Shown: positions 36,367 to 50,530, counted from the stretch's first letter. The stretch: DNA of 64,000 nucleotides from Malacoraja senta (GCA_038087875.1 CM075991.1:248001-312000); one strand, 5' to 3'. A program made the numbers and translations. The notes: a model not told the origin generated them from the letters alone.

Positions 36367-37500
36367 CTAGACTAAGTGGGACCCGTTGCGTCTCAGCCAC
36401 AACATTGGTTCCACAACGCAACCTATTCCCCAACGCAATATTCCATCACTCACCCGTTCCCCGACGGAACCCGTTCCCCCAATGCAATATTCCACCACTC
36501 ACCCATAGCCCCTAACTGCGCAAGCGTGGCCAACGGGTTCCCGTTGTGATGCCCCTGACCCCCCCCCCCCCCCCTCCTCCCCACCCGCAGAAAGGGGGGA
36601 ATGAGAGAAAGAATGAACAGAACAGTTCAGTTCTTTCTTGTTGCGTTCTGCAGCCGGGGGAGGGGGACGGCTTCAGGCGGAGGCTGTCGGGGGCCGGTGT
36701 GGGAGGGGGGAGCATCCTGCGGCTGGGGAAGGGGGACAGCTTCAGGAGGGCGCTGTCGGGGGGAGCGACCTACAGCGGTAAGCCGCGGCAGCGCTCCCCC
36801 CGCCGGCCCCACCTGAAGCCGTCCCCCCCCCCACCGGCTCCTGGGGCCTGCAGCTTGGGACGTGGACGGCCGCAGGCGGGGGGCGGTGGGGAGCATCCTG
36901 CAGCAGCGGACGGTACTGCTTCAGGCGGGGGACGGTGGGGGGGGAGGAGCGTCCTGCCGCGGGAGAGGCTTCAGGAGGTGGCTGTCGGGGACAGGGGGAG
37001 TGTCCGACAGCCAGGGTAGACGGACGGTTTCAGGCGAGGCTGTCGGGAGGGGCGTCCTGCAGCGGGGGCGGGGGACGGCTTCGTGAGGGGGCTGTCGACG
37101 GCCGTGGGGGGGGGGGGGGGAGTGTCCTACAGCCGGGGAGGGTGGCGACTTGAGGCGGGGGCTGCCGGGGGCCGGTGGGGGAGGGAGCGACCTGTAGCCG
37201 GCGGAGGTGGACGGCCTCAGCCTGGGGCTGTCGAGGGCCGGTGGGGGTGGGAGCGTCCTACAGTCGGGGGAGCGGGACGACTTCAGGCGGGGGCCGGTGA
37301 GGGGCGAAAGCCTCCTGCACTCACTCCACCCCCCCTCAACCACCCCATCCACTCTTCGCGGCTCTCTGGCAGTGCAGCCATTCCCGTCCATTGAGTTCCC
37401 ATTGTGACATAGAACACGCATGGGATTTATTAAAGCTTAAAATGTGAATAACTCTTAAAATATAACAACAATTTAAACGTTAATGATGAGATTTATTCAG
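36367..37500 (-). mobile_element. Second Helitron, head-to-tail with the previous one; 5' boundary approximate
   Basis: CTAG at 36367-36370 followed by actaagtgggacccgttg, same end as 52932; similar GC-rich repeats. Confidence 0.65.
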
Positions 37501-37554
37501 TCCATTCTTTCTTGTTGCGTCTCGTTGCGTTCTGCAGCCGGATGAGGGGGACGG

Positions 37555-40500
37555 CTTCAGACGGGGCCTGCCGGGGGCCGGTGGGGGGAAGCGCTGTCGT
37601 GGCCTACCGCTGCCATGCCCTATCATTGACTACTGCCGTGGCCTGCTGCTGCCACTGCCTACCGCTGTCTAGCCTTGCCACTGCCGCTGCCGTGGCCTAT
37701 CACTGTCGCTGCCTACCACTACCATGACCTATCGCTGTCTTGGCCTACCGCTGCCATGGCCGTGGTCTGTCGTTGCGGTACCCGGACGTGGCGCCGACGG
37801 ACGAAAAGCCGAAGCAAAGAAGTCGAAGCCAAAGAACCGAATAGAAACGAGGCAAAAACGCCAATAAATCGAAAGAGTACGAAGACGAAATGCCTACTAA
37901 CCAAAAGGATGGGACACCTAAATGCAAACTAACCGAAAGGGCGGGACGCCTAAAAGCCAACGAACCGAAAAGCTGCGTCGCCTAAAAGCAAACTTACTGA
38001 ATGGCCGCTCTGTCGAAACACCACTTACCTGAAAGGCGGCGTCGCCTACACGCCAACGGACCGACTGCTGCTCAACAGAAAAGTCCAATAACGGACATGA
38101 CGTTGCCAGGCGGCGGGACTTGTCAGCGATTGGTCTAGACCCCCGCGTCCATCACATCACTGTGAAGGGATGAACATTGTCCCACACCTCTCCACCGACC
38201 AGCAACCCGCGGAGGGTGGCCGTGGGAGAGTGGGGGCTGTCCCAAGGGATGTGCGGCCACTTTCAACTTGGTGCTTGGGTTCAGATTGCCCAGTCACCTA
38301 TGGCTTGTGTGGGAAAAGGGCCCCCATGCTCCCATCTTCCCCTTCTCTCACCCCTCTTCTCTCTCTCTCCCCCCATCTCTCTCTCCCTTCTCTCCCCTTC
38401 TCTCTCTCCTCTCTCTCAGCCCGTCTCTCTCTCCTCCTCTCTCTCCACTCTTCTCTCTCTCCTCTCTCTCAGCTCTTCTCTCTCCCACCACTCTCTCTCC
38501 TCCTTGCTCTCCCCTCCTCTCTCTCCTCTCTCTCCATTCTCTCTCTCCCCCTCTCTCCATTCTCTCTCTCCACCTCTCTCACTCCCTTCTCTCCCTCCTC
38601 TCTCTTCCCCTCCTCTCTCTCCCTTCTCTCTCCCTCCTCTCTCTCTCCTCTCTCTCCTCCTCTCACCCTCCTCTCTTTTCCCCCCTCACTTTCCATTCTC
38701 TCTCCCTCCCCCCCTCTCCGTCCCTTCTCTCTCCCTCCCTTCTCTCTCTCCCCCTTCTCTCTCTCCCCCTTCTCTTCTCCTCTCTCTTCCCCTCCTTTCT
38801 GTTGAGAAAACTGGCAGCGGTCCGTGTGAAAATACAGCACCTACCAACAATGAAGGCAATGTGAAACCAGCGGCCGCAAGCCCTTCGCACGGGACGGGGT
38901 TTTAACTCGGCATTAAAAATCAAAACAGAGCTACATTAATTTAAAACAAAAATGTTACATGTATAAATCGTTCTTACATTGGGGAACATGGTTAATTAAC
39001 TGTTGCCATTATATCCCTGTCATAACGCCCTTTGCTTTAGCCGGTGATTACATCCATTCCATCCCTCCCTCGCAAAGATGTGGGATTTCAATTTGAGCAC
39101 ACTTGTTTGAATAGATGCAAGCGGCATGTAAAGCGCCTCTTCTGTGGGCTGTGGTCCGGGCATCAAAAATGTGTCTAGAAATCCATTTTCGTGATCCACG
39201 TCTCAGAACTAAATTACATTTTCCACAGATTTAGATGAAATATAATTGAGAAGGAAGTTATAACTCGTCAGTGCCAAAAGTTGCACATTAATTAACTAAT
39301 TAGAAAATGAGATCGAGAAAGTAACCGCCATCTAGTGGCCAATGCCCATATTACCCCATGGGCAGCCTATTTCCGTGTTGCAGTCCATTTAAACCATATA
39401 TTATTATACCCATATATATATGACGTAAATATGACTGTAATCATATATAATTAAGTATATGATGAATATAATTGTGTGCTTTTTTAATGACACTGTCGCA
39501 GAGGTCCTGCTCCTGAACCAGCCTAAGGGTGAGGGCAGTTCTTGTGGGTTCCTCCCCTTACTGAACACCACTGATTGCCAGTGTGCAGAGTGGGGGTCAC
39601 GGCCATAGTGGGACTGAGCCAGTTCAAGGCTGGGGGACAGACCTGTAAGGCAGCTTCCTCAATGGGAAATTTAATGAGAAGGAAAAGGAAAAAAAAAACA
39701 TGATGCCGAGAAAATAGGTAGTGATTGTGGGAGATTTCAATTTTGCACACATAGACTGGGAAACACATTCTGTAAAAGGGCTGGATGGTTTGGAATTTGT
39801 AAAATGTGTGCAGGATAGTGTTTTGCAGCAATACATAGAGGTACCTACTAGAGAAGGGGCAGTGCTGGACCTCCTGTTAGGAAATGAGACAGGGCAGGTG
39901 GCGGAGGTAAGCGTTGGGGAGCACTTCGGGTCCAGTGATCACAATACCATTAGTTTCAATATAATTATGGAGAGGGTCAGAACTGGACCTAGGGTTGAGA
40001 TTTTTGATTGGAGATAGGCTAACTTTGAGGAGATGTGAAAGGATTTAAAAGGAGTGAATTGGGACATGTTGTTTTATGGGAAGGATGTAGAAGAGAAATG
40101 GAGGACATTTAAAGGTGAAATTTTAAGAGTACAGAATCTTTATGTCCCTGTTCGGTTGAAAGGAAATAGTAAAAATTGGTAAGAGCCATGGTTTTCAAGG
40201 GAAATTGGACACGGTTCGGAAAAAGAGAGAGATCTACAATAATTATAGGCAGCATGGAGTAAATGAGGTGCTTGAGGAGTATAAAGAATGTAAAAAGAAT
40301 ATTAAGAAAGAAATTAGAAAAGCTAAAAGAAGATATGAGGTTGCTTTGGGAAGTAAGGTGAAAGTAAATCCAAAGAGTTTCTACAGCTATATTAATAGCA
40401 AAAGGATAACAAGGAATAAAATTGGTCCATTAGAGAGTCAGAGTGGACAGCTATCTGCAGAGCCAAAAGAGATGGGGGAGATATTGAACAATGTCTTTTC

Positions 40501-43500
40501 TTCGGTATTCACCAAGGACTAGGATATGGAATTATGTGAGGTAAGGGAAACAAGCAGAGTAGCAATGGAAACTATGAGATTCAAAGAAGAGGAGGTGCGG
40601 ACACTTTTGAAAAATATGAAAATGGATAAATCTCCAGGTCCTGACAGGATATTGCCGAGGTCATTGAGGGAAGTTAGTGTTGAAATACCAGGGGCTATGA
40701 CAGAAATATTTCAAATGTCATTAGAAACGGGAATAGTGCCGGAGGATTGGTGTACTGCACATGTTGTTCCGTTGTTTAAAAAGGGTTCTAAGAGTAAATC
40801 TAGCAATTATAGACCTGTTAGTTTGACGTCAGTTGTGGGCAAATTAATGGAAAGAATACTTAGAGATAATATATATAAGCATCTGGATAAGCAGGGTCTG
40901 ATTAGGAACAGTCAACATGGATTTGTGCCTGGAAGGTCATGTTTGACTAATCTTCTAGAATTTTTTCGAAGAGGTTACTAGGGAAATTGATGAGGGTAAA
41001 GCAATGGATGTTGTCTATATGGACTTCAGTAAGGCCTTTGACAAGGTTCCTCATGGAAGGTTGGTTAAGAAGATTAAATTGTTGGGTATTAATGGTGGAG
41101 TAGCAAGATGGATTTAACAGTGGCTGAATGGGAGATGCCAGAGAGTAATGGTGGATGGCTGTTTGTCAGGTTGGAGGCCGGTGACTAGTGGGGTGCCTCA
41201 GGGGTCTGTGTTGGGTCCACTGTTGTTTGTCCTTCAGACGGGGCCTGCCGGGGGCCGGTGGGGGGAAGCGCTGTCGTGGCCTACCGCTGCCATGCCCTAT
41301 CATTGACTACTGCCGTGGCCTGCTGCTGCCACTGCCTACCGCTGTCTAGCCTTGCCACTGCCGCTGCCGTGGCCTATCACTGTCGCTGCCTACCACTACC
41401 ATGACCTATCGCTGTCTTGGCCTACCGCTGCCATGGCCGTGGTCTGTCGTTGCGGTACCCGGACGTGGCGCCGACGGACGAAAAGCCGAAGCAAAGAAGT
41501 CGAAGCCAAAGAACCGAATAGAAACGAGGCAAAAACGCCAATAAATCGAAAGAGTACGAAGACGAAATGCCTACTAACCAAAAGGATGGGACACCTAAAT
41601 GCAAACTAACCGAAAGGGCGGGACGCCTAAAAGCCAACGAACCGAAAAGCTGCGTCGCCTAAAAGCAAACTTACTGAATGGCCGCTCTGTCGAAACACCA
41701 CTTACCTGAAAGGCGGCGTCGCCTACACGCCAACGGACCGACTGCTGCTCAACAGAAAAGTCCAATAACGGACATGACGTTGCCAGGCGGCGGGACTTGT
41801 CAGCGATTGGTCTAGACCCCCGCGTCCATCACATCACTGTGAAGGGATGAACATTGTCCCACACCTCTCCACCGACCAGCAACCCGCGGAGGGTGGCCGT
41901 GGGAGAGTGGGGGCTGTCCCAAGGGATGTGCGGCCACTTTCAACTTGGTGCTTGGGTTCAGATTGCCCAGTCACCTATGGCTTGTGTGGGAAAAGGGCCC
42001 CCATGCTCCCATCTTCCCCTTCTCTCACCCCTCTTCTCTCTCTCTCCCCCCATCTCTCTCTCCCTTCTCTCCCCTTCTCTCTCTCCTCTCTCTCAGCCCG
42101 TCTCTCTCTCCTCCTCTCTCTCCACTCTTCTCTCTCCTCTCTCTCAGCTCTTCTCTCTCCCACCACTCTCTCTCCTCCTTGCTCTCCCCTCCTCTCTCTC
42201 CTCTCTCTCCATTCTCTCTCTCCCCCTCTCTCCATTCTCTCTCTCCACCTCTCTCCCTCCCTTCTCTCCCTCCTCTCTCTTCCCCTCCTCTCTCTCCCTT
42301 CTCTCTCCCTCCTCTCTCTCTCCTCTCTCTCCTCCTCTCACCCTCCTCTCTTTTCCCCCCTCACTTTCCATTCTCTCTCCCTCCCCCCCTCTCCGTCCCT
42401 TCTCTCTCCCTCCCTTCTCTCTCTCCCCCTTCTCTTCTCCTCTCTCTTCCCCTCCTTTCTGTTGAGAAAACTGGCAGCGGTCCGTGTGAAAATACAGCAC
42501 CTACCAACAATGAAGGCAATGTGAAACCAGCGGCCGCAAGCCCTTCGCACGGGACGGGGTTTTAACTCGGCATTAAAAATCAAAACAGAGCTACATTAAT
42601 TTAAAACAAAAATGTTACATGTATAAATCGTTCTTACATTGGGGAACATGGTTAATTAACTGTTGCCATTATATCCCTGTCATAACGCCCTTTGCTTTAG
42701 CCGGTGATTACATCCATTCCATCCCTCCCTCGCAAAGATGTGGGATTTCAATTTGAGCACACTTGTTTGAATAGATGCAAGCGGCATGTAAAGCGCCTCT
42801 TCTGTGGGCTGTGGTCCGGGCATCAAAAATGTGTCTAGAAATCCATTTTCGTGATCCACGTCTCAGAACTAAATTACATTTTCCACAGATTTAGATGAAA
42901 TATAATTGAGAAGGAAGTTATAACTCGTCAGTGCCAAAAGTTGCACATTAATTAACTAATTAGAAAATGAGATCGAGAAAGTAACCGCCATCTAGTGGCC
43001 AATGCCCATATTACCCCATGGGCAGCCTATTTCCGTGTTGCAGTCCATTTAAACCATATATTATTATACCCATATATATATGACGTAAATATGACTGTAA
43101 TCATATATAATTAAGTATATGATGAATATAATTGTGTGCTTTTTTAATGACACTGTCGCAGAGGTCCTGCTCCTGAACCAGCCTAAGGGTGAGGGCAGTT
43201 CTTGTGGGTTCCTCCCTTTACTGAACACCACTGATTGCCAGTGTGCAGAGTGGGGGTCACGGCCATAGTGGGACTGAGCCAGTTCAAGGCTGGGGGACAG
43301 ACCTGTAAGGCAGCTTCCTCAATGGGAAATTTAATGAGAAGGAAAAGGAAAAAAAAAACATGATGCCGAGAAAATAGGTAGTGATTGTGGGAGATTTCAA
43401 TTTTGCACACATAGACTGGGAAACACATTCTGTAAAAGGGCTGGATGGTTTGGAATTTGTAAAATGTGTGCAGGATAGTGTTTTGCAGCAATACATAGAG

Positions 43501-44891
43501 GTACCTACTAGAGAAGGGGCAGTGCTGGACCTCCTGTTAGGAAATGAGACAGGGCAGGTGGCGGAGGTAAGCGTTGGGGAGCACTTCGGGTCCAGTGATC
43601 ACAATACCATTAGTTTCAATATAATTATGGAGAGGGTCAGAACTGGACCTAGGGTTGAGATTTTTGATTGGAGATAGGCTAACTTTGAGGAGATGTGAAA
43701 GGATTTAAAAGGAGTGAATTGGGACATGTTGTTTTATGGGAAGGATGTAGAAGAGAAATGGAGGACATTTAAAGGTGAAATTTTAAGAGTACAGAATCTT
43801 TATGTCCCTGTTCGGTTGAAAGGAAATAGTAAAAATTGGTAAGAGCCATGGTTTTCAAGGGAAATTGGACACGGTTCGGAAAAAGAGAGAGATCTACAAT
43901 AATTATAGGCAGCATGGAGTAAATGAGGTGCTTGAGGAGTATAAAGAATGTAAAAAGAATATTAAGAAAGAAATTAGAAAAGCTAAAAGAAGATATGAGG
44001 TTGCTTTGGGAAGTAAGGTGAAAGTAAATCCAAAGAGTTTCTACAGCTATATTAATAGCAAAAGGATAAAAAGGAATAAAATTGGTCCATTAGAGAGTCA
44101 GAGTGGACAGCTATCTGCAGAGCCAAAAGAGATGGGGGAGATATTGAACAATGTCTTTTCTTCGGTATTCACCAAGGACTAGGATATGGAATTATGTGAG
44201 GTAAGGGAAACAAGCAGAGTAGCAATGGAAACTATGAGATTCAAAGAAGAGGCGGTGCGGACACTTTTGAAAAATATGAAAATGGATAAATCTCCAGGTC
44301 CTGACAGGATATTGCCGAGGTCATTGAGGGAAGTTAGTGTTGAAATACCAGGGGCTATGACAGAAATATTTCAAATGTCATTAGAAACAGGAATAGTGCC
44401 GGAGGATTGGTGTACTGCACATGTTGTTCCGTTGTTTAAAAAGGGTTCTAAGAGTAAATCTAGCAATTATAGACCTGTTAGTTTGACGTCAGTTGTGGGC
44501 AAATTAATGGAAAGAATACTTAGAGATAATATATATAAGCATCTGGATAAGCAGGGTCTGATTAGGAACAGTCAACATGGATTTGTGCCTGGAAGGTCAT
44601 GTTTGACTAATCTTCTAGAATTTTTTCGAAGAGGTTACTAGGGAAATTGATGAGGGTAAAGCAATGGATGTTGTCTATATGGACTTCAGTAAGGCCTTTG
44701 ACAAGGTTCCTCATGGAAGGTTGGTTAAGAAGATTAAATTGTTGGGTATTAATGGTGGAGTAGCAAGATGGATTTAACAGTGGCTGAATGGGAGATGCCA
44801 GAGAGTAATGGTGGATGGCTGTTTGTCAGGTTGGAGGCCGGTGACTAGTGGGGTGCCTCAGGGGTCTGTGTTGGGTCCACTGTTGTTTGTC
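37555..44891 (+). repeat. Near-identical tandem duplication (37555-41231 and 41232-44891)
   Basis: ORF track duplicated with offset 3660-3677; junction ...tgttgtttgtc|cttcagacgggg; only a few substitutions and CT-tract indels. Confidence 0.95.
39710..41231 (+). mobile_element. CR1 (family B) EN-RT, truncated by the duplication junction
   Basis: VGDFNF, SSDHN, KSPGPD; stops and frameshifts. Confidence 0.92.
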
Positions 44892-45785
44892 ATGTACATC
44901 AATGATCTGGATGATGGTGTGGAAAATTGGATTAGTAAGTATGCAGATGATACTAAGATAGGTGGTGTGGTGGATAATGAAGTAGATTTTCAAAGTCTAC
45001 AGAGAGATTTAGGCCATTTTGAAGAGTGGGCTGAAAGATGGCAGATGGAGTTTAATGCTGATAAATGTTAGGTACTACATCTCGGCAGGACAAATGCCAT
45101 GGTACGTACATGGTAAATGGTAGCGAATTGAGGAATGCAGTTGAACAGAGGGATCTAGGAATAACTGCATAGTTCCCTGAAGGTGGAATCTCATGTAGAT
45201 AGGGTGGTAAAGAAAGCTTTTGGTGTGCTGGCCTTTATAAATCAAAGCATTGAATATAGAAGTTGGGATGTAATGTTAAAATTGTACAAGGCATTGGTGA
45301 GGCCAATTCTGGAGTATGGAGTACAATTTTGGTCGCCTAATTATAGGAAGGATGTCAACAAAATAGAGAGAGTACAGAGGAGATTTACTAGAATGTTGCC
45401 TGGGTTTCAGCAACTAAGTTACAGAGAAAGGTTGAACAAGTTATGTCTTTATTCTTTGGAGCGCAGAAGGTTAAGAGGGGACTTGATAGAGGTCTTTAAA
45501 ATCATGAGCGGGTTAGACAGAGTTGACGTGGATAAGCTTTTTCCATTGAGAGTAGGGAAGATTCAAACAAGGGGACATGACTTGAGAATTAAGGGACAGA
45601 AGTTTAGGGGTAACATTAGGGGGAACATCTTTACTCAGAGAGTGGTAGCTGTGTAGAATGAGCTTCCAGTGGAAGTGGTGGAGGCAGGTTCGATGTTATC
45701 CTTTAAAAATAGATTGGATGGGTATATGGACGGGAAAGGGATGGAGGGTTATGGTCTGAGTGCAGGTAGATGGGACTAGGGGGAA
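43370..45785 (+). mobile_element. CR1 (family B) EN-RT, degenerate
   Basis: ORFs 43381-45656 including YADD. Confidence 0.93.
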
Positions 45786-46579
45786 GTCCTGCTCACCCCT
45801 CTCAGACAAATTTGTGTACCTGATGTTTTTCAGTAATATGCTGGCTTATTAGCCAATATAAAGCACTGTAAATAAGAGCAGAAGTGGAAATCTCAAAAGT
45901 AATAACCAGTCCTTTTCTGCCCGTTCCTTTCTACTATTTTTATTTCAATGTTCGAAAGGAAGCCTTGGTTATAACCCTGTATCTCTCTAGGCCAGGGGTC
46001 TCACAATTCTAAAGTAAATCATTTCAAGTTGTCACCATACCAAGTGCTGAATGAAAAAAACCTAATCAGACTAGTGAGTTCTTCTCAAGGGTATGCTGTC
46101 CAGTTACTCGCAGCTCTGTCCATCACATGACCATTTTCACGGTGTTTCTTTGTTCATGTTTCGCTCTGACTGTTTCATTTCTCCCAAAGCCTATCGGGAT
46201 ATTTGACATCCAGTCCCAGACTATATTTTTATATTCCTAAAAATTCCCCTGGTGATGAAATGGTCCGTGTCAGATGAAATCGGATGTCATTGAATGAGCT
46301 TGCAATCTCAACTGTTTATTCTTTGTTTTCTCTTAACTTTAAGTTTATTTTCTTCCTATTTCTTACCGTTTGAATTGAGTTCAGATCGAGAGCTGAATTC
46401 GGCGCTGGCCACGTGGCACCCAGGTAGATGTGTTGGATGAGATTGGAGATGCCTTTATCTCAGAACAAAATCTGTTAATTTGAAAATTGTGGATTTGGGG
46501 AGATAATCGGTAGGCAGCGCGACTCTGCAGTCCGTCTGTCTTTTTTTTTTTTTTTGTCCCGTTGAGTGTATAGTTTGTA

Positions 46580-47100
46580 GAGGCCTCCGGTGAGGAATGC
46601 GGCCGTTCCAGGTGGCCCAGCTGCTGGAGGACTCTCCCGACGCCGGGGCTACATCACCCGGCGAGAACGGCCAGGATCATCGGGCCTCCGTAGAGGCAAT
46701 AGCGGGGGCTTCATTTGGCCTGACTTTTTGGTTGAACTGGGGCTGGGGACTGGACATTGTGCCTTCCCCCACAGTGGAAATCATTGTGGGGGGATGATTT
46801 TTGTTTGTAATTGTTTGTAATTGTATTTCTTAGTCTGTGTTCAAGATGGCAGTCGGAGGGGAGAGTGGACGCTGGCGCGGTTTCGCTGCCGCTGCTCTCT
46901 CCTCAAATTGTGTTTCTGATTTTCTTTTTTGTGTTTTTGGAAGGAATTCTGTCCCTGATTTGTGTATTGGCCTTTATAACTTATTTTTTAAATTCTGATT
47001 ATTCTGATTATATGTTAACCATAAATCTCTGTAAGGTGTCCTTGAGACCTCGGTATAAGGCGCCCATAAATAAAATTCATTATTATTATTATTATTATAT
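46580..47100 (+). mobile_element. Copy of the (ATT)n-tailed element at 27571-28100
   Basis: Near-identical reverse complement of 27571-28091. Confidence 0.7.
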
Positions 47101-47334
47101 ATTGTATTTAACTGTGTATATGTGGGGGGCGGGGGAAACTTTTAGTTCTCTTCCCTGTACGGGGGACCCGACCTTTTCCCTGTCGGGTCTCCGTTGTCGT
47201 TGGGGCCTAGCACCGTGGAGTGGCCTCCAACCGGAACAACCTGGGGGCTCCAGTCGCGGAGCCTGCGGATTCGCCATCGTGGAGCTGGGACTAGCCGTCG
47301 CCCGCTGGGGGCTCCAACATCGGGAGAAGAATAA

Positions 47335-48346
47335 AGGGCCTGTCCCACCAGCATGCGATTGCATGCGTCTAGCGCGACCAAACGTGTTGGCTTGAGGCGT
47401 ACGGCCTCGCGGGGCCGGTCCCACTTCCAACCGCGGACACGTCTGGAGTTGTGCGGGGCTGGTCCCGACATCAAACTCACCAATCAGCTGGGCAGGAGGC
47501 GGGCCGACTGAATTGGACGTCGCACGGCGTCGGGCGGTGACGTCATCACACAACGGCACGCCGGGCGGTGACGCCATCGCGCAACGCCACATGCTAGGCG
47601 TACGCCGTCAAGACGCTGCGTATGACGTCGAGACACTGCAAACGTCCTCAAAGTGGCTGCGGGCCGATAGGCCGTTGGCGCGCGGGATTTTTTGACAGTG
47701 TCAGTTTTTCGGAGCCCCGCGCGATGTCGGGAACAGCCCGTACAACTCCATACGGCTCCGACGATCGAAGTGGGACCGGCACCGCAAGGCCGTATAAACA
47801 TATAATATAACCATATAACAATTACAGCACGGAAACAGGCCATCTCGACCCTTCTGGTCCGTGCCGAACACGTATTCTCCCCTAGTCCCATATACCTGCG
47901 CTCAGACCATAACCCTCCATTCCTTTCCCGTCCATATAACTATCCAATTTATCTTTAAATGATAAAAACGAACCTGCCTCCACCACCTTCACTGGAAGCT
48001 CATTCCACACAGCCACCACTCTCTGTGTAAAGAAGTTCCCCCTCATGTTACCCCTAAACTTCTGTCCCTTAATTCTCAAGTCATGTCCCCTTGTTTGAAT
48101 CTTCCCTACTCCCAGTGGGAAAAGCTTATCCACGTCAACTCTGTCTATCCCTCTCATCATTTTAAAGACCTCTATCAAGTCCCCCCTTAACCTTCTGCGC
48201 TCCAAAGAATAAAGCCCTAACTTGTTCAACCTTTCTCTGTAACTTAGTTGCTGAAACCCAGGCAACATTCTAGTAAATCTACGGCTCAAGCGACCACGCT
48301 AGGTCGCGCTCGCTGCATGCAGTCGCATGCTGGTGGGACAGGCCCT
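47335..48346. mobile_element. PIF/Harbinger-type MITE containing a nested CR1 (47797-48280, minus strand)
   Basis: TIR AGGGCCTGTCCCACCAGCATGCGA at both ends; TAA TSD at 47332-47334 and 48347-48349; nested ORF 47882-48289 is the CR1 C-terminus. Confidence 0.85.
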
Positions 48347-48643
48347 TAAGGAACAGGGGAGAGATAAGACTTTGCCTTCCATCACAGTGAGGAGGTGTTT
48401 GGAGATTCACTGTGATGGATATTTCTGTTAATTGTGTCTTGTGTTTTTTCTTGTTTGTATTACTTCAGAAACGTTCAAATGACATAATAAAATATCTTGT
48501 ATCTTGTATATATTATATATTTGTAATTGCTTTTTTTTGTCTTAATATGATCTATTTTTTAAAGGGTCTGCCTTGTAAGTAGTTAAAGAGTGATCTCACA
48601 TCCCTCACCACCCATAGAATTCTGAATTAATGGAGGGAATGAA

Positions 48644-50530
48644 TCTATATTACTAAAACTAAGATCTTGACCACTTTCTGACTTTCTGTTTCGTGATTTC
48701 TGAAAGAACGCCGCCACTTACGGCCGTAATGTTTGGCCACCTCGCTCAGTCCCCCTCCGCTGAGCTGGACCAGAGGATTTTTTCCCATCGATGAAACATA
48801 AAAGAGTTATTAATGTTTTAAAAATGTTGACATTCTCTCTGCTGCCACTGCTGGTGGGAGGGGGGAGGGACTAAAAATCCGGAAGTGTTGTGCCTCAATC
48901 AGTCTCTGCAAGATGGGGGGGAAGTGAGAGGGTCACGTCTCTCAGTCTGAGCTGTGAATAACACGGAACACATGTCTACTAAACTGTGAGTGTGGTTTTA
49001 CTGACTTTGAGTGCCCTTAATGTGGTTTGAAAATGAAAATATGGTTGGTTTGAAGAAAAACACTGCAAATGGTTGGTGGGGGGGGGAGTTGGTTGAAGTA
49101 AAAGGCACTGCAAATGGTTGTTTGGGGGGTTTGGGTTGAAGTAAAAGGCACTGCAAATGGTTGTTTGGGGGTTTTGGGTTGAAGTAAAAGGCACTGCAAA
49201 TGGTTGTTTGGGGGTTTTGGGTTGAAGTAAAAGGCACTGCAAATGGTTGTTTGGGGGTTTTGCGTTGAAGTAAAAGGCACTGCAAATAGTTGTTGGTCTA
49301 AACTTGACAACTTCCTGTCAATTGATTTTAGATAAAACGCTACCACTTACGGCTGTGATTTTTGGCCATCTTACACAGCCCCCCTCCGCTCATCAGGTGC
49401 AGAGGATTCTTCCCATCAATGAAAAATAAGTGTTATTAGTGTTTAAAAAATGTTGAGAATCTCTCTCCTGTCAATCCTGTGTGGGAGGGGGAGGGATTAT
49501 AAAACCCGGAAGTGTGGGTGTGGCCCAGTCTCTGCATGATGGGGGAGGGAGAGGTTACGACTGTCTGAGCTGTGAATCAACTGAACGCACTGAATGTCAA
49601 CTGAACTGTGAGCGTGGTGTTTTGTGTGGTTTTATGGTGGTTTCACCCTGCTTGAAATGGTATGAATGCATTTGAATGTGGTGGCCTTGCACCCTGCATG
49701 AAATGGTATGAAACTGCATTTGAATGTGGTGGCGTTTCACCCTGCATGAAATGGTATGAAACTGCATTTGAATTTGGTGCCCTTGCACCCTGCTTGAAAT
49801 GGTATGAAACTGCACTTGAATTTGGTGGCCTTGTGCCCTGCTTGATGCGGTATGAAACTGCACTTGAATTTGGTGACCTTGCACCCTGCTTGAAGTGGTA
49901 TGAAACTGCACTTGAAATCGGTGGCCATGCACCCTGCTTGAAGTGGTATGAAACTGCACTTGAATTCGGTGGCCTTGCACCCTACTTGAAGTGGTAGGAA
50001 ACTGCACTTGAATTCGTTGGCCTTGCACCCTGCTTGAAGTGGTAGGAAACTGAACCTGAATTTGGTGGCCTTGCACCCTGCTTGAAGTGGTATGAAACTG
50101 CACTTGAATTTGGTGGCCTTGCACCCTGCTCGAAGTGGTAAGAAACTGCACTTGAATTTGGTGGCCTTGCACCCTGCTTGAAATGGTAGGAAAATGGATT
50201 TGAATTTGGTGGCCTTGCACCCTGCTTGAAATGGAATTTCAAGGAATAGCCGTGAGTCAACTGCCAGCCCACCAGCCGTGAGTGAGCTGCCAGCACATCA
50301 GGCTTGAAGGACTGAGCTGCCACCCCAAGAATCCATTTGGCCCACAATGTCCATACTAGCCCTCTGGAAACCAGTCCCTTCAGCCCACAACACCCATACC
50401 AGTGCTCCAGAAAGCCACCCCCCTCCCCCCCACTGGCCACCAATTTTGGAATTGGTGGAGAGGTGAAATATTGTGTCGGGGGACCAGCCCTCCCGTGTGA
50501 ACATGGGACCCAACGGGTCCCATAGTCTAG
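48644..50530 (+). mobile_element. Complete non-autonomous Helitron with internal 43-bp (49050-49290) and 48-bp (49640-50230) minisatellites
   Basis: A|TC start at 48644; perfect hairpin GGGACCC-AAC-GGGTCCC at 50505-50521; CTAG|T end at 50527-50530; no TSD. Confidence 0.85.

Noticed and set aside
35110..37421. GC-rich overlapping ORFs or CpG-island promoter
   Set aside because: Lies within Helitron interiors made of degenerate repeats; no recognisable protein or splice structure
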